A stretch of DNA of 64,000 nucleotides from Octopus sinensis (Eukaryota), in NCBI RefSeq assembly GCF_006345805.1, contig NC_043017.1, forward strand, positions 2,790,001 to 2,854,000, written 5' to 3'. Of the stretch, positions 49,996 through 63,664 are shown piece after piece. The translations under genes were made by a program, and so were the position numbers. Each line of letters starts with the position of its first letter. The first letter of the stretch is position 1. The notes below the pieces were generated by a model, which was given only the letters and a program-made list of their open reading frames with translations, ran no database searches and had not been told where the DNA came from.

Positions 49996-50084
49996 GAGAG
50001 AGAGTAGGGTGTCCCAAAAAGTGTATACATGCTTTAAATAATTGTAAAGTAGGTGTCTATTAAAATACATTTCATTTTCAACCT

Positions 50085-50115
50085 TTTCAATAGTCTTGAG
50101 TCAAGACTATTGAAA
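50085..50115. repeat. Perfect 31-nt palindrome
   Basis: TTTCAATAGTCTTGA-G-TCAAGACTATTGAAA. Confidence 0.95.
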
Positions 50116-50193
50116 GACTCTCCCCAGACACAACAGAATATGCTTTAACACACGACCTCATATAAAGAATCTTGCAAACCAAATCCAAAAGCG

Positions 50194-50231
<38 letters not shown>

Positions 50232-50995
50232 ATATATATATGAAAAGGAATTCGGCATCACGCTCGCTATTTCAATTGAACCAAGATTAATTCACAATTT
50301 AACTGCATATATATTATATATATATAAAAAAGACCGCTAACTCACTTAACCGTCGGTGCATCGAAGTAAAATACTATGCAATACTTTTTTCATGCATGTT
50401 ACGTTGCCCTAAGCTTGAATCCTGCCAAGGTCATCTCAGCCTTTCATTCTTCAAATGTCTATGAGATGAAGGCACCGGTGCAGATCGGTGCAATGAGAGA
50501 ATTCGCCAGAGCGGTAGCCAAAAAAAAGACTCCGCTGTATTTTTTTTTTCTCTTTCTGTTCTAAGTGCCCAGACGAACTTGTCTGCTTCTTAGCAAAAAA
50601 TACAGTGGCTCTTGCGTGTGTGTGTGTGTGTGTGTGTGTGTATCGATATGAAAGAATCAAAATAGCCGAAGGAAGTCAACGGGAACGATCATAGAATTCT
50701 CCTACGAAAATTCCTTAACAAAGCACCATGTCATTGCCATGGAACTCAGCAAGAATTTTTTCGTTGGCCTCATAGCTCTCTCTCTCCTCTCCTCTCTGTC
50801 TCTCTCTCTCTCTAACTCCCTGTCTCTTTCGCTATGCGTATGTCTTTTTCTCTCTCAGTCTCTCTCCCTCTCTCCTTCTTTATCTCTCTTTATATGCGAG
50901 TATCTATATATGTTATATATTAAGACTCTATACGTATATGTCTGTGTATGTACGTATGTATATGTATATATGTATATATATATATATATATATTA

Positions 50996-51030
<35 letters not shown>

Positions 51031-51032
51031 AT

Positions 51033-51080
<48 letters not shown>

Positions 51081-51175
51081 CGTACATGAATACATACATA
51101 TATGCATTATATATATATATATATATACATATAAACATATACATACATGCACTCATATATGTATATGCGTATACG

Positions 51176-51208
<33 letters not shown>

Positions 51209-51539
51209 GTACATATGGGCTCCAGCTTAGCCGCAGTCAAATAACTGAAACAAGACACATAGATGCTTACATACAAACGTATATATATATATACATACAT
51301 ACGTACAATAATACATATATACATCTATTTATCTGTGTGTGTGTGAATATATCGTGGGGGTGGGGTGTATATGCATGTGTATACATGCATGTGTAGATAA
51401 GTTTTTAACAATATTTGTACTCTATCTATAACACGGTTAAACTCTACGTACACACACACACACACACACACGCACACACACACCACACGCACACACACAC
51501 ACACACGCACACACACACACACACCTATCTCCACTCACC

Positions 51540-52249
51540 CCCACTCAATCTCTCCTCTCCACCCTCCTGCTTTTGTCTTTCTCATCCATCCCTTTCTCCC
51601 ACTTTCAATCTCTTTCTCTCTGTCTCTCTGTCTCTCCTTCTCTAGTCTTTCTCATTTTCCTCTCTCTCTGCCTCTCTCTCTCTCGCTCGTCCTTCTCGTT
51701 TTTTTCCTCTTCCTACCACCACCGCACCTAGTAGCCGTCGCCGCACCGCTTAGCTTTTCCACTGGTGAGTAATGCAAAGCGCGCACTTTATTCGCTCTAC
51801 ATACAATCAATTACGATATTGGAAGCAAATAGAGCTGGCAGCAGACAATGCTATTAGGAATTGATACTGCACAGGTGTCGGGGACATATCCAATTAAACC
51901 CGCTCACTGATGCTCTTCTCTGGACACCATGTTTATATTGACATACAGCTAGTAGTAGTAGTAGCAGTAGTAGTAGTAGTAGTACGTGTGTGTGTGTGTG
52001 TGGACGACGACGGCATCGTAGAAAGAGAGAAAGAACGAAAGATCTTTGGTCAAATTACCATCGTCTACGACCTACAGTCGTTCAGTCCTTTTAATCAATT
52101 AGATGGGAAAAGCTCTCCTCTTCCCCGCCATCACACCTCGCCTCTTCCCCGCCGTCACACCATCAATTCCTCTCTCTTTCTCTCTCTCTCTCTCTATTCT
52201 TATCTATCTATTTATCTATATCTATCGATCTATCTGTCTGTCTATCTAC

Positions 52250-52331
<82 letters not shown>

Positions 52332-53250
52332 GTCTGTCTATCTATATCACACATACACACATGTACGCACACACACACACACACACATGCGCGTACGCAC
52401 AGACATTCTCCCCTCCCTTATGCTGTATTCCACCCGATCTTTATCTCTCTTTCTCTCTCTGTGTCTCTCTCTCTCTCACTGACTCTATCTCTCGCTCAGT
52501 CTCTCCCTGTTTCTGACTAGCTCTCTCTCCCACAGACTCCATCTGTCTCTGTCACTCTTCCTCTGTCTCTGGCTCTCTCTCTCTCTCCCACAGTCTCTCT
52601 CTGTCTCTGTCACTCTCCCTCTGTCTCTGGCTCTTTCTATCTCTCTCTCAGTCTCCCTCTGTCTCTGACAGCTATGCGAACTCGGGTACACTCTTTCGTT
52701 CTCTCCATCTCTTTCGCTCTCTCTCTCTCTCTCCTTCTCTCTAACTCTCACTCATCTCCATGAATTCAAACACGTAGATCTACATACATGCTTATGCATC
52801 TCTCTCTCTCTCATTGACATCGACGCATACACATGCACACGTCTCTCTCTCAGTTTTTCTCTCTCTTTCTCTCTCTCTCTCTTACCGCCTCTCTTTCCTT
52901 CTCTCTATGTCTCTGTCACCTTCACCCCATGTCTTCCTCTCTCTCTCTCTCTCACTCTCTCTCTCTCACTCTCTCTCTCTCACTCTCTCTCTCTCTGTGG
53001 TTCTGTAATTCTTTCACTACCTTTCGGCTTCTCTATCTCTTACTCTCCAAATCTATCGCTTAAATCACGTATCGTTCGCGCATTTTGTTTATCATTTTCT
53101 CTCTCTCTCTCCCTCCTTCTTGTTGTGACTATTCTGTTTTTCTTTTTCTTTTAATCTTTCCTCACCATTTTCGCATCTCTCCTTCTGATATTATCCTTTC
53201 CCCCCTCTCTCTCTCCCCTTAGATATCTCTCGCACAGCAGTTTCCCCCCT
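51540..53250 (+). repeat. Polypyrimidine (CT)n-rich region with (TCTA)n block
   Basis: Long CT tracts at 51540-51710 and 52410-53250, including a 60-bp-period internal duplication (about 52522 and 52582). Confidence 0.88.
51761..51770 (+). other. Candidate 5' splice donor CTG|GTGAGT after a CT-rich, CpG-containing segment
   Basis: Matches the donor consensus; no coding frame or acceptor identified. Confidence 0.25.
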
Positions 53251-53339
53251 CCACCACTATTTATTTCGCCCCACCTAACTTCCCCGTCACTCAAGACCTA
53301 TTCCAAATAATGATCTCTCTATTTATCTCACTGTACTTG

Positions 53340-53486
53340 CAAACATACATACATGCATACACAAACGCACCTGTCTCTATATATGTATGTAATTATGTAT
53401 GTATACATACATACATACATACATACATACATACAACATACATACATACATACATATATATATATCTGTATGTATATATATTATAT

Positions 53487-53538
<52 letters not shown>

Positions 53539-53876
53539 TATATGTATACATATGAATACACACACGCACGCACACACACACGCGCATATATGTACGTATG
53601 TATATGTGTTTGCGGCTCTCAGTTCATCGTACATGTCTACAGCAAACAGCACATTTTTTGGACATGTTTTATCACTATTTGGATTCAATGCACTCGTGTG
53701 TAGAAATGTGTGTGTGTGTGTGAGTGTGTCTGCGTCTGTGTGTGTGTCTGCATACGTGCGTGTTTGTGTGCGCTGTGTGTGCGTGCGTCTCTATGATTAT
53801 ATGCGTTTGTGTAGGTGTGTTCACATACACATTCAGAGATACAGACATCCCTACGTATGCATGTATATATATATAA

Positions 53877-53940
<64 letters not shown>

Positions 53941-54015
53941 ACAGGTAGTCAGATAGGTAGACTGACAGATAGATAGACGCGCGGGCAATTAGAATGAGAG
54001 ATGTATATACACACA

Positions 54016-54084
<69 letters not shown>

Positions 54085-54130
54085 ATATATATTATATATA
54101 TATACATACATATATATATATGTGTGTAGG
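53340..54130. repeat. (TACA)/(TA)/(TG)/(GATA) microsatellite cluster
   Basis: Directly visible. Confidence 0.9.
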
Positions 54131-54859
54131 TAGATAGGCACGTGTTTATGAATGATTATATAAATGATATTCCATTTTATGTGGAACTTTTTACTGATTT
54201 GCACGTAATTGCTTAGATATACATTATTGATACCCCCCCCCCACACACACACACAGGCTCAAAATGTACCTAGCGCGGGATCTCGCATATGCACACTGTC
54301 ACTCGTAATGATATACATGTATATGCATGCTTACACCTATCGGTATGGTCAGTCAGCGCAGTTGACCGGGTGGGTGGGTGCCTCACGGGTCTAGAGGACT
54401 AATTCTGATCTATGTTTGCGTTATCATGCTGTTACTAAATTTATACTATAGGGCTCAGTGTATGGAGCGGCCCGGAGATCTACAAAACCGTTATATATAT
54501 ATGGGTATATATTCATCTTAGCAGTGTATATATACATATACATATGTGTGTGTATATACTACCATTGTACACTTCCCAGCACTCACACCATACACACCAC
54601 ACACCACCACTCCACATCATGCCACACCATACCACAGCATGCCGCATCACACCACCCCCGCAAACACTAGCACAGACCACTTCCCCAGCACACACACCAT
54701 AATCCGCGCACCTACACATGCACACGTCCGGACGTCAAAGTCACCAGCCACAATCCACGCGCATACACTTGCACACTCTCATATACATACGCACGCGCAC
54801 CTTCATGTTGGGATCACCACTACTTTATTATCTCCCCTTCTTCCTAGCTCTCCTGTCTG

Positions 54860-55078
54860 ACAACCTCCGTCTAGCTAGCCGCTATGATCGAACGCTAGCC
54901 ATTAAAGATTTGTTTATTCTCTCTCTGTTTATTTTCTCGTGTTCCTTTCTGTTGAAGAGCTTAGGCTCGAAACGTAAAAGACTTTCTCACCTTACTGAGC
55001 GTTAAACTAATACACCTGTTTGTTGTTTACACACCTGTCTTCGTCATTTATTTCTTCATTTTTTTGTAAATTCCAACT
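54860..55078 (+). mobile_element. Penelope-like terminal-repeat remnant ending in a TA microsatellite
   Basis: Contains TGAAGAGC..GCTCGAAACGT; shares motifs with 20490-20687. Confidence 0.55.
54945..54980 (+). ncRNA. Minimal type-I hammerhead-ribozyme-like motif
   Basis: Stem I CTTT/AAAG, core CTGTTGA (A6 to U variant), extra A, stem II GAGC-TTAG-GCTC, GAA + ACGT palindrome, H=A. Confidence 0.55.
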
Positions 55079-55172
55079 ACATACATATATGTATGTGTAT
55101 ATATATATATATTTTTATATGTATGGGTATATATTGTCTTAGAAGTGTATATCTATAGGTATATCTACATCG

Positions 55173-55214
<42 letters not shown>

Positions 55215-55217
55215 TCT

Positions 55218-55250
<33 letters not shown>

Positions 55251-55414
55251 GTGTGTGTTGTGTGTGTGTGTGTGTGTGTGGTGTGTTTGTGTTTCTGTGT
55301 TCGTCCGCCAATTGCAAATTGTCAAGATACTGAGAACGTAACTTTGTAAACAAACCAGCACCAGTTGTCAAGCGGTAGTTATAGCTTGGATGTAAATTTA
55401 TTCAGTCACATTGA

Positions 55415-55850
55415 CTTCAAATTTTTGCATAAGGCCAGCAATTTCCGGGGAGGTATTATATCGATTTCATCAACTCCAATACTCAACTGGTATTTATTTT
55501 ATCGATCATGAGGGGATGGAAAGGCAAATCGACACCGGCAAAATTTGACCTCAGTACGTAAGGACGGACGAAATGTTGCTAAATATTTGAACTGCGTGCT
55601 AACAATTCCGCCAGCTCACCGCCGTATATTTAGTCTTTCATACTGATTTCAAAATTTGGCACAAAGTCAGCAATTTTGGGAGAGGTATTAAGACGATTTT
55701 ATCGACCACAGCGTTCATCTAGTTCTTATTTTATCGACCCCGAAATGATGAAACTCAAAATGTCGACACGGACGAAATGCCGCTAAGCATTTTACCTGGC
55801 GTGCTGATGAATCTTCCAGATAATCGCCTTATATTTACTCTTTCGTACTG
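55415..55850 (-). mobile_element. Two degenerate SINE A copies duplicated with their flank
   Basis: Both units are followed by GCC(G/T)TATATTTA(G/C)TCTTTC(A/G)TACTG. Confidence 0.78.
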
Positions 55851-56173
55851 CAAAGATAAAAAAACAAATATTGGAATAATTAAGGTAAATCTTGTTTGTG
55901 ATTAGAGTTGTTTTATATTTTTAGTAGAAATAGGTCTACCTTTGTATTAATGACGTGTGGGAGAGTCGCTAGGGATGGGACCCGGGTACCAAGGGTGTGG
56001 CAAACCCGGAAAATTTGGAAAACGCGTCCTCTTATGCACTATAACTTCCAGTGAAGCATAATAATATATATATATATATATATATATACTATAATATCTA
56101 TATATTAATTATATATATATATATATATATACATACTACTAGCGAAATATACGGCCTTTTTCTTATCCGAATA

Positions 56174-56218
<45 letters not shown>

Positions 56219-56556
56219 AGTGCTTTGACTGGTAAAGGCTTAAGCATCTTAAACAGATTTGAGCATCTTAAATGAGTGAAAGCAGCAGTGGTATTATCGT
56301 GGGTGTTGTTTTTACGTAATAGCGATGGAAGTTATTATCATTATTATTATTGTTGTTGCTGTTGTTATTATTGGAAGTAATAGGTTTTAAACAGAAACAG
56401 ATCTAATCGATTGCCAGACGAGGAATAAAGCCTCCATTAAGATATGTCGTTGTGAGATGATATATAATCAAACGTTTTCTATGACTTCATTTCACTCCTC
56501 CTCTCTTACGTCCTCCGCTTGATTTATATATATGTGTATATATATAATATATAGAG

Positions 56557-56592
<36 letters not shown>

Positions 56593-56790
56593 TAGATATA
56601 TATATATATATGTATGTATATATATGCATATGTATATATATATATATATATATATATGTACATACACACACATATATATATGTATATATTATGTATATAA
56701 ATATATATATACCAATATATAAGTAATGTATATTTGCACGGTTATATATATATATATATAAAGCACACATACATTTATTTGTATGTATCT

Positions 56791-56890
56791 NNNNNNNNNN
56801 NNNNNNNNNNNNNNNNNNNNNNNNNNNNNNNNNNNNNNNNNNNNNNNNNNNNNNNNNNNNNNNNNNNNNNNNNNNNNNNNNNNNNNNNNN
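56791..56890. other. Assembly gap (100 N)
   Basis: N run within a TA-rich tract. Confidence 1.
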
Positions 56891-57107
56891 ATATATATAT
56901 ATATATATATAATAATATATATATATATATTATATATATATATATTATATTGTATACATACAGACTCATTCACTCTTACATCTATCTATCTATCTATATA
57001 TATATTATATTTACAGACATACGTTAAATCACATATACGAACACCAATATCTATAAATATATATGCGTAATAACAATAATTCTGGAAACGTTCCTTAAAT
57101 AGCGTTT

Positions 57108-57120
57108 TCTTACCTGCACC
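57108..57120 (-). other. Candidate 5' splice donor CAG|GTAAGA on the minus strand
   Basis: Plus strand reads TCTTACCTGCACC; about 200 bp of complex CpG-containing sequence lies upstream on the minus strand. Confidence 0.25.
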
Positions 57121-57477
57121 AAAGATTTTGTGGAGGTGGATGATACTTAATTACATCCACTTTAGTGTTTTCCGGGGCGTTTTATCGTTACTTGTCCGAT
57201 GAACAGTAAATTTGACATCGGAAACTAAATACTTGGAAGAACTTCTGCAATTAATTCTGTCCGACGTTCGGAGATACTGTTGATACGTAAAATTGTTCCC
57301 CATTAATAATTACGAATTCAACAATACGTGATTATTAACGAGGAAAAATTATAATATACTATATTATAAATATAACACATATATATATTATAAATTATAA
57401 ATATATACCACCTTGCTCAATAAATTTACACTGCAAATATTCTCTGACTGCATTCCGCAGACTCTAATTATATAATT

Positions 57478-57683
57478 ATTTCTACTCTAGGCACAAGGTC
57501 TTGCAAATTTTGTGGGGAGAGGGCCAGTCGATTACTCGACCCCAGTGCATAACTGGTAATTATTTCATTGACCCTGAAAGACAAAGTCGACCTCGGCGGA
57601 ATTTGAACTCAGAACGTAGCGGCAGACGAAATATGGCTAGGCATTTCGCCCGGCGTGCTAATAATTTCTTCCAGCTCGACGCC
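57478..57683 (-). mobile_element. SINE family A monomer
   Basis: TCTACTCTAGGCACAAGG tail through GAACTCAGAACGTAGCGGCAGACGAAAT to CCAGCTCGACGCC. Confidence 0.88.
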
Positions 57684-58329
57684 TTCTATAATTACCTAAT
57701 AATGTTTCGATTTAACCATAAATCGATAAAATAGTCTTTATTATATCTACGCAAAGTTATCTACTCTTGCATTGTAAATTAGCTGATCACTATAACAATT
57801 AAATTAACGTAAAAATTCAAATTTAAACAACATGTAGTAGTGTCCGCTAATAATCTTCTACTAAGTTTACCTTTTCTTTTTTGTTTTCGCTTGGGTCACA
57901 CATTTTGCCCTTCTTTTCTTACTTCTTTCTTTCCCCTTTTTCATATTCGCCATCAAGTAAATAAGACCGCCATTTAAATATGAGACAAAGATGTCTCTAT
58001 CTACGCACCCTTATATGTGATGAGGTTATAGCAACTAAATCAATATGGCAGTTTGCAAGCTGTAATTCAATAAGCAGAAAAAATATTACGTGTTTTATCT
58101 CATTCAGTCATATATATATATTTTTTTTTAATTGTGGATCCAGTTGTTTTTACGAACACACAAGCGTGCGCGCACGTACGCACACTCACATGCGTATCGA
58201 CACTGGCTCGGCCACGCACCGAGTCATACAGACGTGCACAATTTCACACATACACCCATGTATATTCATATACATATACATACATGCATATATATATATC
58301 TATATATATATATATATCATATACATATA

Positions 58330-58376
<47 letters not shown>

Positions 58377-58513
58377 TATATACATATACATATATGTATA
58401 TATATATATAGATACATATACATATATATATGTATATATATATATAGATATATAGCTATATATATTTTTATATAAATGTATACATATATGTATGTATATC
58501 TATTTATATACAT

Positions 58514-58561
<48 letters not shown>

Positions 58562-59344
58562 ATGAATTTATGTATTTGCGTGGGATCTTATAACAATAAT
58601 AATTTGCATTGTAATTAAACTCTTTAGCGACAAATTAAGACTTCACTGTAGAGCAACAACAACAAAAAGAAAAAAAAGAAAAAACGAAAAATAAAAACAC
58701 ACAAACAAATACCAAGGAAGACAAAACAAAACGCTCCCCCCCCCTCAACATCAATTATTATTTACAATGAATTAAAGAGTGAATGTATGATTTACATTAA
58801 GTCAATATCAAATAATATTTAATGTTGCATCAGAAAACAATGATTGTCAATAAATAGTCTTTATATTTGTTGACAAACTATTTTAATCGAATGAAGAACT
58901 CTACCAATAGCTACCTACACCACCAGCGCCACCACCGCCGCCATCACTGCCACGACTACTGCATATATTTTACCAATTAGATTGCTATTCAACCAGCTCA
59001 TGATGAAACAGTCTATCAACAATGTTTGTGATATTATTCCTAATTTCTTTTTAATTATTCAAATATTGGTTTCCATTAGCTTCTGCGTTCTAGTTGCTAC
59101 TGGTAGGTCGTTTTAATCGATAGAAGCATCAGACTGGAACGATCGGCGGTTCGCATCCCCTCAGTGGAGCTATTCTACGCCTACAGACAAGACACGCTTG
59201 CAATCTCGATTAATTAAAGATATTGTGATCGCTATTATATAAGATATATTATATGCCGAATATCAGCATTCGTTTTGCAACTGGATGATATAAAAGTAGC
59301 GTCATTTCCACCAAGCTGCCATGCAATATCTATATATACGTACC

Positions 59345-59552
59345 ATGTCGGGCGAAATGCTTTGTGGTATTTCGTCTGCGGTTATGTTCTGAGTTCAAAT
59401 TCCGCCGAGGTCGTCTTTGCCTTTCATCCTTTCGGGGTCAATTAAATAAGTACCAGTTACGCACTGAGGTCGATGTAATCGACTTAATCCTTTTGTCTGT
59501 CCTTGTTTGTCTTCTCTGCGTTTAGCCCCTTGTGGGTAGTAATGAAATAGGT
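59345..59552 (+). mobile_element. SINE family A
   Basis: CGGGCGAAATGC..GAGTTCAAATTCCGCCGAGG..GCCCCTTGTGGGTAGTAATGAAATAG. Confidence 0.9.
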
Positions 59553-60125
59553 AATTTTCAATTGAGAAATACAATTGGATCCTACATCTGAATGACGTTG
59601 TGATGAAGCCTTTGCGTCCTCGTTCAATGCCTGCTAGAAGTAGCAACAAAATCTTTCTCGATCAGCACATTGCATAGTGTAGAAGTAAACATTGTATATC
59701 CAAAAATAAGATGGGAGAGCCTCGTTTGAGAGATTTCTGATAATTTATTCTGGATCAAGCTTTACTTGTGACCAAAGAATTCACTTTGTATAACAATTAG
59801 CAAATCATGCTACCAGCTTTCATATATATTTTCTACATTTATTTAAAGGTTAATTTTCCTTATTCTGACGTAAAATCATTTTGTTTCTCAGGTTTAGAGA
59901 GTAGTTATCGAGGGACACCCTGGTATGGTTTTTCCTTGGCATTGGTTCACATTCTACTTTATAATACTAAATTAAGTACAAGCTTTCGCACACTATTTCT
60001 TGCCTATTCCCAAAACAAGGTGTTTGCGATCTGATAGTTTCCCTTAGATATTTAGCGATATCAGCAGAGATTGAGACCTGTATTTAAGAGCATACATTCT
60101 CATTGTATTCTGTAACTCTCATATT

Positions 60126-60561
60126 ACTCTCTTTTACTCTTTTATTTGTTTCAGTCATTTGACTGTGGCTATGCTGGAGCACCGCCTTTAGACGAGCAAA
60201 TGGACATAAGGACTCATTGTTTGTAAGCCTTGTACTTATTCTATCAGTCTCTTTTGCCGAACCGCTAAGTTACGGGGACGTAAACACACCACCATCGGTT
60301 GTCAAGCGATGTTGGGGGACAAACACAGACACACAAACATACACACACACACACACATACACACACATACACATACACATACATATACATATATACGACG
60401 GGCTTCTTTCAGTTTCGGTCTACCAAATCCACTCGCAAGTCTTTGGTCGGCCCGAGACTAAAGTTAGAAGACACTTGCCCAAGGTGCCACGCAGTTGGGA
60501 CTGAACCCGGAACCATGTGGTTGCTAAGCAAGCTACTTACCACACAGCCACTCCTACGCCT
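60126..60561 (-). mobile_element. SINE family B, full length
   Basis: Tail CAGTCATTTGACTG, (CA)n/(TACA)n core, CACTTGCCCAAGGTGCC, head CCACTCCTACGCCT. Confidence 0.92.
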
Positions 60562-61759
60562 ATATCTGTACCGTTTCAGTTTCAGCTTTGATCTTCCTGA
60601 ACAACAGATAAGCCAAAAGATTCTGCCATCGATTTCAATTTATTTAATCCTTATGATCTTGATGACCAGCAGATTCTGTGACCAAGCAAGACTCTTGAAT
60701 TATCTGTATTGCTATGAATTCTTTATATTAGACTGAGCCCATTTAGAGGTCCTTGGTTGCTCTTGGTGTAAATAATCTACTGCAATGAAAGACCTGTTAA
60801 AAATTCCATAATTTCATGGGCAGTAACCTTCTACTAAGAAGTTCTGCACAATTAACAGGCTAATTAATCCATGATGTCATATGCAAATTAAGCTCGTTAA
60901 CTTAACTGAGTCCTACGTACCTTGCATTCCTTATAAATAGATGTGAGTTAATAATTTCTCATTAGATTAAGTATAGTATTCCGTTCTGATAGAACCTCAT
61001 TAAATCGATGAATAAATTCCCTTTTAAGGAAAAATAAAACCTGCTGTTTACTTTGGGTAAAATTATACTTTTCAAATAATACATAGAAGAACAGTAACTC
61101 ATCATACGTGTGTGTGTGTGTGTGTGTTTGTGCATGCCTGCGCGTAATATAGACACGGGTGAGTGTGCGTGTACGTATATATATATATATGTGTGTGTGT
61201 GTATGTGTATATGTATATGTATGTATGTTGTTTTCTACACGTACACAGAAACAAACAACAATAACATGCGCACACCCACCCACGCAGATTCACAAAATGT
61301 GCTAATACCGCTTGTGGGTGATTAGTGAAGCGCTTAATTGATTGACCAATATCGGAACAAAAATGGAAAAAAAAAAAAAACTAAAACAAAAAAAAAACAA
61401 TCTTCCTCTCTCTCCATCCAGCAATGGTTATTAACCCACAACAATTTTAGTACAATTCCGTTCACAATAAACCCCTTCTTGTTCTTTCTCATTCTCACTG
61501 CTCTTTTGCGACGATTCAAAACAAATGGTGGCGATGTGGGGGGGGGGCACATTATTGTTTTCTTCTTTGCTGTTCATATTATTTGTTGTTATTTAGTGAA
61601 AAACGAATCATTAGACATGCAAACACTTTTATCCTACTTCCGGATATATTGAAACAAGTCCATTACTTCCATTAGCTATATTGTCTAGTAATAATCTTTG
61701 TATGGAGGTTATTGTTGCTCCAAGGCTGAAGCATATTTAGCTCTTTGGCTAAAAATTAC

Positions 61760-61818
61760 TGCGTTGTATATAATTCGAAGAAATTATCAGTAGAGGGGGG
61801 GATATAGATCATAAGCAT

Positions 61819-61888
<70 letters not shown>

Positions 61889-62483
61889 GTATGTAATATA
61901 TATATATACAAACATATATGTATATATAACCACACACACATATATATATGTATACATATATATATATATCTATCTAAGTATGTTACATATATACATGTAT
62001 GTATACATATATATATATATATGTATACATACATGTGTGTATACATATACATATATATATGTATGTATACATATATATATATTTATATACATGTACATAT
62101 ACATATATATATATATCTATACATATATATATGTATATATATGTATGTATGCATATATGTATGTATATACATATATATATATATATGTGTGTGTGTGCAT
62201 CGATGGAAGTATGTATACTTTCACACACAATGCAATCACACGCATATACATGTGTATATGTAGATAAATTTATGAATTCATGTATATACGTATGTGTGTG
62301 TAATTGTCCCCGCATGTATGCATGTGGCTGACTATTTGTAGGTATGAACACCTATGCGTATATGAATACACACACCCACATACAGACACAAACACAGACA
62401 TATATACATACATACATTTATGCATGCCTATATATATAAATGCGTATATATGTATGTATATATATATATGTATGACGTTTATA

Positions 62484-62525
<42 letters not shown>

Positions 62526-62620
62526 TAGACATGTATATATATATATTTATTATGATATGAATGATGATTGTATAATACTTAATGTGTGCATATATATGTA
62601 GTGTATGTGTGTGTATGTAT
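61760..62620. repeat. TA/TACA-rich low-complexity tract
   Basis: Directly visible. Confidence 0.92.
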
Positions 62621-63042
62621 ATAAAACATATGTATGGATGCTTATATGTATATTCCTCTTTGTGTGTATATCCACAGAAATTTAGAATATTTTGCAAAAA
62701 AACTTGTATATTTGTCAGAACGTAAAAAAACTTTGTGTTGCATTCCGCTCAATAGATCTAAACTCACCCAACACCCTTCTCATTATTTTTTCCTCATGCA
62801 ACAAAACTTGTTTCCCACGTAGGGAGCATTAAAAATCCAATATCTGAAAACATGAGAATGTAATTTCGAAACGGCCATAACATGTAATTACAAATGTTGC
62901 AGAAAAATGGAATGAAATTTGCAGAATGTCAAGTTAGTACTTATTTGGAGAATTCTGTGTTTTTAGTGCACGTTCGTAGGCATCACAGTATTGTGAAAAC
63001 TGGCTTTTAACACTGACGAAGTGCCCAAAAATACTCGGGATC

Positions 63043-63200
63043 TGCTTAGCGGTATTTCGTCTGACGTTACGTTCTGAGTTCATTTTTCGACTTTGTCTTT
63101 CAACCTTGCGAGGTCAATTAAATAAGTACCAGTTACGCAATGGGGTCGATGTAATCGACTTAATCCCTTTGTCTGTCCTTGTTTGTCCCATGTGGGGAAT
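63043..63200 (+). mobile_element. SINE family A, deleted
   Basis: GCTTAGCGGTATTTCGTCTG..TAAGTACCAGTTACGCA..GGGGTCGATGTAATCGACTT. Confidence 0.85.
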
Positions 63201-63429
63201 AAATAAATAAATAAATACTCAGAAACTGCCGAAACACAAACTACAAAAAAATAATACCGACGAAGCCACTAATGTTGACTCGCCATAGCTGAGTGGATAA
63301 GCAGAACGCTTTGCAGCCCCGTGGCGGCGAGTTCAATCCCTCTGTACATCAACTTGTTTAAGTGTCTTTTACTATAGCCACGGTCTCTTTATTAGTCTCT
63401 TAAGCCAAACCACCATGTTAGGAGGATAT

Positions 63430-63664
63430 AAACACACCAGCATCGGTTGTCAAGCGATGTTTGGGGGACAAACGCAAACACACAAACACATACATATATA
63501 CGACGGGCTTCTTTCAGTTTCCGTCTACCAAATCCACTCACAATGCTTTGGTAGGCCTGAGGCTATAGTAGAAGACACTTGCCCAAGGTGCCACGCAGTG
63601 AGACTGAACCCGGAACCATGTGGTTGGTAAGCATGCTACTTACCACACTGCCACTCCTACGCCT
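63430..63664 (-). mobile_element. SINE family B lacking its 3' tail
   Basis: AAACACACCAGCATCGGTTGTCAAGCG..AGAAGACACTTGCCCAAGGTGCC..CCACTCCTACGCCT. Confidence 0.9.

Noticed and set aside
55967-56000. TAGGGATGGG hAT-like terminus
   Set aside because: No partner TIR or 8-bp TSD found.
59590-60900. Possible highly decayed LINE RT (LPIPK..LRPV-like words) split by SINE B
   Set aside because: Too many stops and too little motif conservation to call by eye.
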